From Wolbachia endosymbiont of Ctenocephalides felis wCfeF (GTDB lineage Bacteria > Pseudomonadota > Alphaproteobacteria > Rickettsiales > Anaplasmataceae): a DNA stretch of 64,000 nucleotides. Position numbers and translations under genes: made by a program. Of this stretch, positions 51,240 to 60,745 are shown piece by piece. The notes beneath the pieces were generated by a model, which worked only from the letters and a program-made list of their open reading frames with translations, made no database searches and had not been told where the DNA came from. The stretch spans positions 89,150 through 153,149 of the forward strand of contig CP116767.1 of NCBI GenBank assembly GCA_028571325.1. The letters are read 5' to 3'. Every line of letters begins with the position of its first letter. The stretch's first letter is position 1.

Positions 51240-52049
51240 ATGAATGAAGTACAACAAACAGAGTTAAATAAACAGCTTTTTAATGCTGTTAAAAGAGGAG
51301 GGATAACAAAAGTCAAAAAGTTAATAGAAGATGGAGCAAATATTGATGCAGTAGATCCGTATGGACGTACTCCATTATATCTGGCTACTAGAAGTGGTCA
51401 TCTAGAGATGATCAAAACTCTAATAAACAAAGGTGCTGAGGATATTGATGTAGTAGATGAAGATGGAAGAACTCCATTGCATCTGGCTGCTAGAGATGGA
51501 CGTCTAGGAATGGTAAAAACTCTAATAAACAGGGGAACTTGTGTTAATAGAGTAGATAAAGATGGAAGAACTCCATTACGTTTAGTTGTTGAAGATGACC
51601 ATATAAGACTTATACCTCACTTATTCCTTGAACCCGGTGTGCAAAAAGTTGTTTCTATCGAGCACGAACATGAGGAAGTAGCAAAGATTTTGGTAAAATA
51701 CACTCTGTTAAAAGATACCGAAGTGAACAGACCAGATTATTTAGAGCAGGATTCTAATTTTAACAGGAAGGTGTTAGAATATTGGAAGCAATGTCAAGAG
51801 GAAATCAGAAAACTTAAAGAAGAGAATAAGCCACTGTATGACTTTTTAAGAGAAAGCAACATTGACAATCTAGTTAGTATATGGGAAGGAAATAAAAATG
51901 TACGCAGTAAGTTTGGCAACCAAAAAAGCTTACAAGAACAATATCCAGAATATGCCCATATTTTAATTAACAAGGCTAATGAAGCAGAAAAAGGGGAATG
52001 TTTAAAAAAGTGTGTCAAACCGAATTTTTTAATTCAACCCGATTTTTAA
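51240..52049 (+). CDS. ankyrin-repeat protein
   Basis: Three to four ANK units (DPYGRTPLYLATRSGHLEMIKTLINKGA, DEDGRTPLHLAARDGRLGMVKTLINRGT, DKDGRTPLRL). ATG at 51240 follows ggagg. Confidence 0.85.
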   Translation: MNEVQQTELNKQLFNAVKRGGITKVKKLIEDGANIDAVDPYGRTPLYLATRSGHLEMIKTLINKGAEDIDVVDEDGRTPLHLAARDGRLGMVKTLINRGTCVNRVDKDGRTPLRLVVEDDHIRLIPHLFLEPGVQKVVSIEHEHEEVAKILVKYTLLKDTEVNRPDYLEQDSNFNRKVLEYWKQCQEEIRKLKEENKPLYDFLRESNIDNLVSIWEGNKNVRSKFGNQKSLQEQYPEYAHILINKANEAEKGECLKKCVKPNFLIQPDF

Positions 52050-52214
52050 TCTACCAGGGGAAAAAATATCAAGTTGAGATATAGTTAAAGCCCAATTAGG
52101 TATAGCCATAGTCCAATTCTGTTCTGCCTTTTTTGTGAGATTTTCTGCATAATCATAAACCGCTAATTGATGCTTTATCAACACATTATGAATGTGATTT
52201 TCAAGCAATGGCAT
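52029..52214 (-). pseudogene. possible C-terminal fragment of a transposase (IS256/mutator-like)
   Basis: ...TKKAEQNWTMAIPNWALTISQLDIFSPGRL resembles the ..KKWTMPI.NW..AL.QF.I.F..R tail I recall from one IS256 subgroup. No upstream catalytic region is present. Confidence 0.3.
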
Positions 52215-52635
52215 TTGCTGACATAAAAAACTTTTTTAAAGATCATAGAAATGATTTTAAACAAGAACTGGGAGGTGAGGGAATAACTCTGATTAACTTT
52301 GTAGATTTTGAAGATGTCGCAAAAAGACATACTTCTACACTAAAAGTACAGGCATTTGCAGAATTTGTAAAAAATAATACACCAGGCAGAAATCTTAGCA
52401 GTTCAAACGCTGAACAACACCTGGAGTTGTGGTCCTATTGTTCGATCCTTTAACCACCCCATACACATAGGCCCGCTGGGCCTATGCTTAAAGTATGGAA
52501 CGGGCAGCAGAGTTGCCAGTAAAATAGCACTTTACTTTACGAAGAATGTGGATATCATTTGAAATATATTTTTGAGAATTGGTAATGTCAGAGGTTGCGG
52601 GTGTAGAAACTAAAGAGCAAGCTGTGTGCGAGCAA

Positions 52636-53733
52636 ATGCGTTTTAGCGTGAGCCGCGCAAGTCTTTTAAATACGCTATCTAGAGTGAGCGGAGTGGTTGA
52701 AAGGCGTAACGCAATAGATGTTCTAGCATGTATAAATATTAAAGCACAACATGGCAGCATAAAACTAAAGGCTACTGATCTTGACATTTCAATATTTGCC
52801 TCGCTTGCTGCAAATGTGTCAGCGGAAGGGGAAGTAAAAATCTCAGCACATACTTTACATGACATAGTGAAGAAGTTGCCAATTGATTTGGATATTAATT
52901 TCGAAATGAACGATCAAGGGAAATTATTGATATCTTGCGGAAATGCAAACTTTTCTCTACCGAATGTAGTTTCAAATAACTTTCCTGTCCTTGAAGAAGG
53001 GGATCATAAACATGATTTTACTCTACTGAGTGCAGATTTGGTAGACTTATTAACTAAAACGAAGTTTGCTGTATCACTAGATGATACAAGATATAATTTA
53101 AATGGGATATACTTGCATACGGATGAGCAATTTCTGTACTGCGTTGCAACCGATGGTCACCGTTTATCATGTATAAAGAGGCCTAAACCTGAAAATATCA
53201 ATGGCGAATTTGGTGTGATAATTCCACGTAAAACTGTCATGGAGCTGCTAAAAGTATTGGATGATTGCAGTGAAATTAATATAAAGCTTTCAGATAGAAA
53301 AATCAAATTCACATGCGGTGAATATATTATAATATCAAAATTAATAGATGGAACTTTTCCAGATTATAAAACTGTTATTCCGGCATCTCAGGATAAACAA
53401 ATGATTGTTGAGAGCGGTGAGCTAGCTAGCGTTATAGATCGGGTTTCCGTTGTTGTGTCCGATAAAATAAAATCCATTAGGTTTTCGTTACAAGAAAAAT
53501 TATTAACTCTAAACTCAAACTCTCAAGAGTGCAGTGATGCAACTGAATCCATAGAGGTAGATTATAATGAAACTCCTATGGAAATAGGGTTTAATTCACG
53601 CTATTTGCTTGATGTTTTGTCCTGTATAAAAAACAAGTGTAAGTTTAGCTTGTCAGATGGCAATGGTGCTACAATTATTACTGATGAAGCTGATCCAAAT
53701 GCATTATATATAGTAATGCCAATGAGGACTTAA
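52636..53733 (+). CDS. dnaN: DNA polymerase III subunit beta
   Basis: MRFSVSRASLLNTLSRVSGVVERRNAIDVL....LKATDLDISI start, the three-domain length (366 aa) and NSRYLLDVL near the C-terminus. Confidence 0.9.
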   Translation: MRFSVSRASLLNTLSRVSGVVERRNAIDVLACINIKAQHGSIKLKATDLDISIFASLAANVSAEGEVKISAHTLHDIVKKLPIDLDINFEMNDQGKLLISCGNANFSLPNVVSNNFPVLEEGDHKHDFTLLSADLVDLLTKTKFAVSLDDTRYNLNGIYLHTDEQFLYCVATDGHRLSCIKRPKPENINGEFGVIIPRKTVMELLKVLDDCSEINIKLSDRKIKFTCGEYIIISKLIDGTFPDYKTVIPASQDKQMIVESGELASVIDRVSVVVSDKIKSIRFSLQEKLLTLNSNSQECSDATESIEVDYNETPMEIGFNSRYLLDVLSCIKNKCKFSLSDGNGATIITDEADPNALYIVMPMRT

Positions 53734-53734
53734 A

Positions 53735-54472
53735 CTAGTAATCTATCTTTACCAAATATAAACCGCAAGGTGGTGCAGTAACTCCAGCGGCGTTTCTTTT
53801 GCGCTTATTTAATATATTTAGCATTTCTTGTGGATTAGTTCTATTTTTCCCAAATTCAACCAAAGTACCGACAATGATCCTCACTTGGTTATGTAAAAAA
53901 GAAATAGCGGATATTTTGATGTATATATGACTCCCATTTTGTACTATCTCGATATTATCAATTGTTCTTACCGGATTTGCAGCTTGACAGTCTTTTGAGC
54001 GGAAACTTGAAAGGTTGTGCTTTCCAAGCAGATGTTTAGCCGCTTCACGCATAATGTTTACATCAAGTGGGTTAAATACTTGCCATACATAACCAGCTTC
54101 CAAAGCTGCAGGGGCATAGCGGTTAATTATTCTATATTCATAGTGCCTTTTTTTTGCTGAGAATCGCGCGTGAAACTCATCATCTACAACTTCTGCATTG
54201 AGTACGACTATAGGAATCGATTTTAAGTGATAATTTATTGCGTTCCTTATTCTGTAAAGCTCAAATTCCCTCTCCATATCAAAATGAGCAACTTGTCCTA
54301 AAGCATGAACTCCCGCATCAGTCCTGCCACCGCAGTATAAAGTGACTTTCTCGCCACTGAAATTAAATATAGCATTTTCTATGGTCTCCTGGATTGAGTT
54401 AGCAGAATGTTGTTGTTTCTGCCAACCAGAGAAACTACTACCGTTATACTCTATCGTTATTTTGTATCGCAC
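53735..54472 (-). CDS. truA: tRNA pseudouridine(38-40) synthase
   Basis: YKITIEYNGSSFSGWQKQ, GGRTDAGVHALGQVAHF, FLHNQVR. Confidence 0.92.
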   Translation of the reverse strand: MRYKITIEYNGSSFSGWQKQQHSANSIQETIENAIFNFSGEKVTLYCGGRTDAGVHALGQVAHFDMEREFELYRIRNAINYHLKSIPIVVLNAEVVDDEFHARFSAKKRHYEYRIINRYAPAALEAGYVWQVFNPLDVNIMREAAKHLLGKHNLSSFRSKDCQAANPVRTIDNIEIVQNGSHIYIKISAISFLHNQVRIIVGTLVEFGKNRTNPQEMLNILNKRKRNAAGVTAPPCGLYLVKIDY

Positions 54473-54687
54473 TGCAAAATCTATCTAATTTTCTATCTTA
54501 TACCAAATCTCGCTGATAATAAGATAAATTAATAAAGAGTACTTTTTGCCCACAACTGGAGGTTTAGGTAAATTTATGGTGGTTCTACCTAGATGACACA
54601 CAACTGGTCAAAACCACAATGTTTGTGCAATTTCAGTAGCAGGTTGCTTGAGTCCGTACTATTATATAGTATAATACTATATAATAT

Positions 54688-55506
54688 ATGACCTTTAAAA
54701 AGCTCAATCTACACTTAGTATCAGATTCAAGCGGTGAAACTGTTATATCAGTTGCAAAATCAGCTCTGAAACACTTTCGTTCTGTAGAAACAATTGAATA
54801 TGTTTGGTCCTTTGTGAAAAAAGAAGAACAAATTGATAGAATTTTGGAGGAAATCAATAAGAAAAGTGATGAGCATCACTTTGTTATATGCACTATTACT
54901 GATGATGAACTAAGAAAATATTTAAAAGATAACTGTATAAAATTGGAAATTCCCTATCGAGCAATATTATCACATATTATTAGAGAAATTTCTTCCTACC
55001 TTGAAATTGAAAAAGACGAAAAGCTTGACTTGCATGCTGAGATAAATAATGAGTATTTTCAGCGCATTGAGGCAATAAACTACACTATTAATCATGATGA
55101 CGGACAAAATATTCAAGATATTGATAAGGCAGACATAATCTTGATTGGAGTTTCGCGTACATCAAAGTCTCCCACCAGTATGTATTTAGCTTATCGGGGC
55201 TATAGGGTTGCAAATATTCCCTTTGTTAGTGAGATACCCTTTTATGTTGACTTAACAAAGTTAGAGAACAAGATGACAATAGGGCTAACAATAGATGCAA
55301 GTAGGCTGGTGGAAATACGCAAAAATAGACTTACTTCAATTAACAACGAAAATAATAATGTATACGCTGACCCCAAGAAAGTAGAAAAGGAAATTAAAAA
55401 GGCAGAGGAACTTTTTAAACAAAACAATTGGCCAATTATCGACGTAACACAAAAGTCGATCGAGGAAGTGTCAGCAACGATTATACAATATTTTAATAGA
55501 ATGTGA
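54688..55506 (+). CDS. pyruvate,phosphate dikinase regulatory protein (bifunctional kinase/pyrophosphorylase, DUF299)
   Basis: [13 protein letters not shown]-terminus and P-loop [15 protein letters not shown]. Confidence 0.88.
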   Translation: MTFKKLNLHLVSDSSGETVISVAKSALKHFRSVETIEYVWSFVKKEEQIDRILEEINKKSDEHHFVICTITDDELRKYLKDNCIKLEIPYRAILSHIIREISSYLEIEKDEKLDLHAEINNEYFQRIEAINYTINHDDGQNIQDIDKADIILIGVSRTSKSPTSMYLAYRGYRVANIPFVSEIPFYVDLTKLENKMTIGLTIDASRLVEIRKNRLTSINNENNNVYADPKKVEKEIKKAEELFKQNNWPIIDVTQKSIEEVSATIIQYFNRM

Positions 55507-55575
55507 TAAATTTATCAATTGACTAACTCTTTGTAAGTAACCATAATATAAAATAATTTGGTTTTCGCTATAGTT

Positions 55576-55704
55576 ATGAAAGTTAAAGGCTCACTAAAGT
55601 CCCATCGCAGCAGAGATAAAAACTGTAAAGTTGTGAGAAGGAGTGGTAAAATTTACGTTATAAATAAAGTAAAGCCAAGGTGTAAAGCCCGCCAGGGTTC
55701 TTGA
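55576..55704 (+). CDS. rpmJ: 50S ribosomal protein L36
   Basis: 42-aa ORF, below the track cutoff: [42 protein letters not shown]. It matches the alphaproteobacterial L36 pattern MKV..SL......R...C.VVRR.G..YVINK...R.KARQG. Confidence 0.85.
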   Translation: MKVKGSLKSHRSRDKNCKVVRRSGKIYVINKVKPRCKARQGS

Positions 55705-55809
55705 GTATCAGCCATAAATTGGTTATGTAAGGGGCTTATTGATTGCCTTGAGACAAACAGTGGTTGTGTCAGTTGTATATCCGGGGCTTGGCTTGCGGTA
55801 TAAAGGGTT

Positions 55810-55839
55810 CTAAGCTGTAACTAGGGTGCTTAGTTTTTT
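55810..55839 (+). terminator. candidate intrinsic terminator downstream of rpmJ
   Basis: ctaagc-(12-nt loop)-gcttag followed by tttttt (55834-55839). Confidence 0.4.
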
Positions 55840-55887
55840 GTTCACTTTTTCATGCTATACATTTTTTAGTTTCTTATATGTAAAAGT

Positions 55888-56205
55888 ATGGTGTTTGTAT
55901 TTAGGAATAAGAGGAAGTTACTGTATTTAAGTACAGCTTTGCTCATTTCTTCTCTTACGCTATATTTTAGTATCAGTACAATTACGGGTAAACGTGGCTT
56001 ATCAGCGTTAACGGATTTAAAAAAAGAGATAGAGTACAATAAACTTTTGCTAAAGAATATATCTTTTGAAAGGGAAAAGTTGAGTAATAAAGTGTTTGGC
56101 TTATATGAAAAAAGCTTGGATTTGGATCTGCTTGATGAGCAAGCAAAAAATGCTCTGGGTTATGTGAGCCCTAAGGAGCTAATGGTTGTTCTTGATGTGG
56201 AATAG
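55888..56205 (+). CDS. ftsB: septum formation initiator family protein (FtsB/DivIC)
   Basis: 105 aa with an N-terminal TM segment, then a coiled coil. LDLLDEQAKNALGYVSPKELMV is the typical family C-terminus. Confidence 0.75.
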   Translation: MVFVFRNKRKLLYLSTALLISSLTLYFSISTITGKRGLSALTDLKKEIEYNKLLLKNISFEREKLSNKVFGLYEKSLDLDLLDEQAKNALGYVSPKELMVVLDVE

Positions 56206-56217
56206 CAACATCTTTAA

Positions 56218-56916
56218 ATGAAAGAAAAAAAACGCTATAATCCAAGTGCAGGCATTATAAACGAGATGAAAGTGAAAAATATCTTATTAGCGCTTTTAAT
56301 ACAGGCTATGTTTGGGTTGTCATCATTTGCGGCCGATCCTATTTTGCTTAACTGTATTGAAACTCCAGAGATTTATGATCTTGATGCAAAACCAAAAAGC
56401 TTTAACTCTTCGAATAATTTAAGAAGAAAACCTGGTTCTCCAAATAGCGCAACAGGAGAATTGATAAGCATAGTGGGTAGAGTTACTGATGTAAACTGTT
56501 TGCCAATACAAAACGCTGTAGTTTCTATATGGCACGCAAATTCACGTGGCGTGAACCATTATGATGAAAATGTGGAGGATGATAAGCTTGATCCAAATTT
56601 TGCCGGATCAGGAAGATTTATAGTCAATAACCTTGGCTATTATAATTTTATTACAATAGCACCTGGTAAGATCGGTGATAGGGCTCCACACATCAACTTT
56701 TTGGTTCAACATCCAGATTTCCCAGAGTTCACAACACAAATGTTCTTTGCCGACCATAATTGCGACAACTGTGCTGATCCTGTTCTTAGGGATCTTATTG
56801 ATAATGGGCTTGCAAGCCTTCTGATAGCACCATTTACTTATAATGATCGTGCAATTAAGACCTACACATTTAATATCACCTTAGGCGGGTATAACAAATT
56901 TTCTGATAAAAGATAA
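56218..56916 (+). CDS. intradiol ring-cleavage dioxygenase-like protein (PcaH-like), probably exported
   Basis: GRVTDVNCLPIQNAVVSIWHANSRG..HYD and GYYNFITIAPGKI...APHINF, the family core. There is an internal signal-peptide-like MKVKNILLALLIQAMFGLSSFAAD, so the start may be 56266. Confidence 0.7.
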   Translation: MKEKKRYNPSAGIINEMKVKNILLALLIQAMFGLSSFAADPILLNCIETPEIYDLDAKPKSFNSSNNLRRKPGSPNSATGELISIVGRVTDVNCLPIQNAVVSIWHANSRGVNHYDENVEDDKLDPNFAGSGRFIVNNLGYYNFITIAPGKIGDRAPHINFLVQHPDFPEFTTQMFFADHNCDNCADPVLRDLIDNGLASLLIAPFTYNDRAIKTYTFNITLGGYNKFSDKR

Positions 56917-57051
56917 AATCCTTGCATATCAGGGAAGTTCATAGTAGCCTTAAGCGCTGTTGTACTTAAAATGTATATGAAAAACATCTTACTAATGTTT
57001 TTACTATGTTTTATGTGCAGCTCACAATTATTTGCAACGGAGATGTCAACG

Positions 57052-58515
57052 ATGAAGATAACAATTTCTAAGGCTTTACCTGATTTTGAAACGCTAGTAG
57101 TAGGTTTGTTTGAAAATGATGAACTTATAAGTAACGGTAAGGTTTTACAAGATAAGCAAATTACAGATAACATCAAAAGATTTAGTGATTTCAATGGAGG
57201 TTTTGGTGAATTTTTCTCCATTACTTCATCAGAGGGAAAGAACATTATAGTTGCTGGACTTGGCAAGAGAGATGAATGGGATGAAAATAAAGAATTAAAT
57301 ATTGGCGGAAAAATATATTGCGAACTAAGCAGATTAAAAATCAAGCAAGCGGCAATTTCAATCGAAGGCAATGCAGCAAATGTTGCATACGGTGCATTTC
57401 TGCGCAGTTTTAAGTTTGATAAGTATAAAACCAAAAAGGATGAAAAAGTTACAGAAGTAGAGGAAATCACAGTGCTAGCGAAAGATGAGCAATTCAGTAG
57501 TGCTGAAAAATCATTTGAGCGTTTAAGGCAAGAAGGTGAAGGCATATTTCTTGCACGTGCTCTTACCACTGAACCACCTAATGTTTTATATCCAGAATCC
57601 TATGCTGATCACATAAAAACCGAACTTACTAAGCTTGGCCTTGAAATCGAAGTGCTTGGTAAGAAGCAAATGGAAGAGAAAAAAATGGGAGCATTGCTTG
57701 GGGTAGCACAAGGAAGTAGTAAAGAGCCAAAATTAGTAGTGATCAAATGGAATGGAGCTTCCAAGGAACAAAAGCCTGTAGCTTTTGTAGGTAAAGGTAT
57801 AACGTTTGATACTGGTGGAGTGTCACTCAAGCCCTCGCGTGGCATGGAGTCAATGAAATATGACATGGCAGGTTCTGCTACTGTGGTTGGGGTGATGCGT
57901 ACTCTAGCTGGACGAAAAGCGAAGGTAAATGCAATTGGCGTAGTTGCGCTTGCAGAAAATGCAGTGGACGGCAATGCTCAAAGACCAAGTGATGTAGTAA
58001 CTTCGATGTCTGGGCAAACAATAGAGGTATTAAACACCGATGCAGAAGGAAGGCTCATACTTGCGGATGCTTTGTGGTATACGCAGGACAGATTCTCACC
58101 TAAGTTTATGGTTGATCTTGCAACTTTAACTGGTGCCATAGTGGTTGCGCTTGGGAATAATGAATATGCTGGTCTTTTTTCCAATAATGATGAATTAGCA
58201 AATCGTCTTATCGATGTAGGAAATGAAGTAAACGAGAAGTTGTGGCGTTTTCCTATGAATGAGACTTACGATAAAATTATCGATTCGCCGATTGCTGATG
58301 TCCAAAACATCGCTCCTGCAGGCTCTGGCGGGGATAGCATAATGGCTGCACAATTTTTACAGCGTTTTGTGAATGAAACTTGCTGGGCACATTTAGACAT
58401 TGCAGGCACGGCTTGGCATGAAAAAGGCACTGATATTTCTCCAAAAGGAGCGGTAGGTTTTGGTATAAGGTTGCTTAATAAATTGGTTGAGAAATACTAC
58501 GAAACGGGTAATTGA
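57052..58515 (+). CDS. pepA: leucyl aminopeptidase (M17)
   Basis: GKGITFDTGG, NTDAEGRL, DLATLTGA. Start is taken at the ATG at 57052, 9 nt after GGAG; MKITISKALPDFETLVVGLFE aligns with the usual PepA N-terminus. In-frame ATGs at 56971, 56977 and 57043 would add a hydrophobic leader. Confidence 0.9.
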   Translation: MKITISKALPDFETLVVGLFENDELISNGKVLQDKQITDNIKRFSDFNGGFGEFFSITSSEGKNIIVAGLGKRDEWDENKELNIGGKIYCELSRLKIKQAAISIEGNAANVAYGAFLRSFKFDKYKTKKDEKVTEVEEITVLAKDEQFSSAEKSFERLRQEGEGIFLARALTTEPPNVLYPESYADHIKTELTKLGLEIEVLGKKQMEEKKMGALLGVAQGSSKEPKLVVIKWNGASKEQKPVAFVGKGITFDTGGVSLKPSRGMESMKYDMAGSATVVGVMRTLAGRKAKVNAIGVVALAENAVDGNAQRPSDVVTSMSGQTIEVLNTDAEGRLILADALWYTQDRFSPKFMVDLATLTGAIVVALGNNEYAGLFSNNDELANRLIDVGNEVNEKLWRFPMNETYDKIIDSPIADVQNIAPAGSGGDSIMAAQFLQRFVNETCWAHLDIAGTAWHEKGTDISPKGAVGFGIRLLNKLVEKYYETGN

Positions 58516-58540
58516 AGCCTTAATACTGAAGTTTAGAAAG

Positions 58541-59569
58541 CTATGGGCTTTTGGCTTCTTCTGCTGGTTTTGCTGGCTGATGGCTTGTGTCCTTCATTTT
58601 AGAAGGTGGAACTGCTTCATAAGCTTTCTCATTAACTTTTTTCTTTACCTCCTCTATTTTACCTTCGCCAATTTCCATAATTTTAGGTAGAAAATTATCC
58701 ATAAAACCTTTCAATTTATCCATATCTTCTACATGAGTACTATCACCTTTTCCTATAAGCTTTTCCAGATCCTCTTTTGAAAAATCTTTAATCTCTTCCT
58801 TTTTCACTAATTCTTTTATAGCCCACCGCTGCCCTTCATCTTGAAGCATTTCTATTACTATAGCCTTATCCCGAGCGCTCTTTACTTCACCTTCCTTCTC
58901 CGACCCACTAGCGCCTATAATAGATTTAGACAATTCCTTACGTAACCTACCAAAATTATTCTCCCTTGCTTGAATTGTAGGCAATTTATCGATAAAATTT
59001 TTCACTAAACTTTTAATTGCTTTTCCTAAAGACTCAGCACCTTCTTTTATCTCACCTCTATGTTGATATATAACATAACCAATAGCAGCTATAGCCACCA
59101 GTGCCACAAGCCCAACTAATGCTAATCCACCACCCATTAATGCACCAGTCACTCCTCCTATTACTAATGAACCCGCCAATGCACCTGTTAGTGCTGTAAT
59201 AGCTGCTCCACCTATAACTCCTTGAGTTGACAACTGGTTACCTAAGGCTTCGAGTTTCCCCTCCATGTCTTTTACTTTGTTTACTTGTTCAAGAAACTCT
59301 GCTAAGACAGCTTTATCTTGCTCAAAATATTTCCCTACAATACCTATTGCATCCTCTGAAAGATCCCCATTGCCCTTCAGTAAATCAGTAACATCCTTGA
59401 TGGTTAGTTCCTTAAACTCCTTACTTAACTTTTTAAAATCCTCATTACCTTTTAATAGGATCTCCAAATTGTCTACCAAATCCGGCTTTTCTCTAATATA
59501 TCTTACTATATTTTCAATGAACTGATCCGAATCAGCTGGATTTGTCGCACCACCTTGTACCATATTCAA
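58541..59569 (-). CDS. glycine-zipper membrane protein with charged flanks, lineage-specific
   Basis: Central GVIGGAAITALTGALAGSLVIGGVTGALMGGGLALVGLVALVAIAAIGYVIY, flanked by Lys/Glu-rich helical regions. No recognisable domain. Confidence 0.6.
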   Translation of the reverse strand: MNMVQGGATNPADSDQFIENIVRYIREKPDLVDNLEILLKGNEDFKKLSKEFKELTIKDVTDLLKGNGDLSEDAIGIVGKYFEQDKAVLAEFLEQVNKVKDMEGKLEALGNQLSTQGVIGGAAITALTGALAGSLVIGGVTGALMGGGLALVGLVALVAIAAIGYVIYQHRGEIKEGAESLGKAIKSLVKNFIDKLPTIQARENNFGRLRKELSKSIIGASGSEKEGEVKSARDKAIVIEMLQDEGQRWAIKELVKKEEIKDFSKEDLEKLIGKGDSTHVEDMDKLKGFMDNFLPKIMEIGEGKIEEVKKKVNEKAYEAVPPSKMKDTSHQPAKPAEEAKSP

Positions 59570-59713
59570 TTCCTATCAATTATAAATATGCCTAATTATA
59601 CATAACAATTATTAATTATATTATAACTAGTATGAAGTAATTAACACAATTACCCCTTTTCAAACATGGAATTTGTACTACAATACCTAAATTATATGAA
59701 AACAAGGTACTCT

Positions 59714-60406
59714 ATGGGTGAAAAAAAATTAAAAGTTGCTGTGGTTTTATCAGGATGCGGTCATCTCGACAGTGCAGAGGTGAGAGAAGCTGTTTTAAGC
59801 TTGCTTGTGCTTGATCAGCAGGAAGTGGAAGTCAAATGCTTTGCACCTGATATCAATATTACACAAGTTATGAATCATAAAACAAAAGAAGCAGTAAAAG
59901 AGAAGAGGAATGTACTTGTAGAAGCAGCAAGAATTGCAAGAGGTGAAATATATGACCTAAAGGAAGCCAAAGCTAAAGATTTTGACATGCTAGTTGTACC
60001 CGGCGGATATGGAGTTGCGAAAAATTTATCTGACCTAGCTGAAGGTAAAGACATGGTAACAGTAATACCCGAATTTGAAAGATTAGTTTCAGAATTTTTT
60101 GCTGCAAAAAAGCCAATAGGGGCAATATGTATATCTCCAGCGGTGGTTGTTTTTATTTTAAGTAATAAAATAGGCAAAAAAGGAAATAAAATTAAGGTGA
60201 CTATAGGAGATGACAAAGAAAAGTTGATAGAAAAGCTTGGTGGCGAGCATATAAAGTGCGACACAGAGTTATCAATAGAAGACGAAGAACATAATGTATT
60301 TTCCTGTTCTGCTTATATGCGTAGCGACGAAAGTACGTACTCTGTATATCAAGGGATAAAACATATGATTGACAGCATGGTAAAAAAGATCAACAAAGGA
60401 AATTAA
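59714..60406 (+). CDS. elbB: isoprenoid biosynthesis glyoxalase ElbB (DJ-1/PfpI superfamily)
   Basis: KVAVVLSGCGHLDSAEV.EAV, VVPGGYGVAKNLSD, PIGAICISP. Start is taken at MGEKKLKV. Confidence 0.82.
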   Translation: MGEKKLKVAVVLSGCGHLDSAEVREAVLSLLVLDQQEVEVKCFAPDINITQVMNHKTKEAVKEKRNVLVEAARIARGEIYDLKEAKAKDFDMLVVPGGYGVAKNLSDLAEGKDMVTVIPEFERLVSEFFAAKKPIGAICISPAVVVFILSNKIGKKGNKIKVTIGDDKEKLIEKLGGEHIKCDTELSIEDEEHNVFSCSAYMRSDESTYSVYQGIKHMIDSMVKKINKGN

Positions 60407-60447
60407 TACCAATGGTAATAGGACAAATTAAATTGCCAGTCAACAAT

Positions 60448-60584
60448 GGTGTCATTCCAGCGCCCCTCCTCCTGTCATCCAAGTAGCGGATACTGTGATC
60501 TCATTTCACTTTATGACGGTGTCTCCCAACCCCACGATGTCATTCCAGTGCCTCCTTTTTTGTCATCCTAGTGCCTCCCTCTCT
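60448..60584. repeat. array of short tgtcat(t/c)c(c/a/t)ag units
   Basis: At least five units: ggtgtcattccagcgc, cctgtcatccaagtagc, gatgtcattccagtgcc, ttgtcatcctagtgcc, cttgtcatcccagtgc. Confidence 0.7.
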
Positions 60585-60708
60585 TGTCATCCCAGTGCTC
60601 GACACTGGGATCCAGTTTTCCATAAAACTATGTATTTTAACATAACTTTTATACTCACTAAACCTAATAAAATTCCTAGATTCCAGCGTCACACGCTGGA
60701 ATGATAAC
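60585..60708. repeat. ~125-bp palindromic element, second copy
   Basis: Collinear with 4644-4770, including the central ttttccataaaa..t.tattttaacataactttta segment. Confidence 0.8.
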
Positions 60709-60745
60709 ATTTGTTGTAAAAACAAATGTTCGTTCATGAATTGCG

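Noticed and set aside
52208-52453. 81-aa plus-strand ORF between the ankyrin gene and dnaN.
   Set aside because: It has no recognisable motif or RBS and lies in what looks like decayed mobile-element sequence. A weak RTTT..VVQRLN match on the opposite strand at ~52400-52440 is too poor, and too far from the WTM motif, to call.
52440-52500. ttcgatcc T-loop-like string and a perfect ataggccc-gct-gggcctat hairpin, considered as a tRNA fragment/att site or terminator.
   Set aside because: No cloverleaf or acceptor stem can be built. The hairpin has no adjoining T-run and no upstream gene end to terminate.
56862-57569. 235-aa minus-strand ORF overlapping the dioxygenase 3' end and pepA.
   Set aside because: It is antisense to a strongly supported pepA and has Ser/Leu-rich low-complexity composition, typical of the shadow frame of an AT-rich gene. 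The same reasoning applies to the other antisense track ORFs, such as 40842-41297, 62619-63086, 57609-57974, 3916-4269 and 52488-52865.
60448-60584. Regularly spaced ~16-nt tgtcatcc units that superficially resemble a CRISPR array (also at 4531-4600 and 19910-19989).
   Set aside because: The units are degenerate and the spacing is irregular (about 20-45 nt). The 'spacers' are short and themselves repeat-derived, there are no cas genes, and the same units form the arms of palindromic elements.
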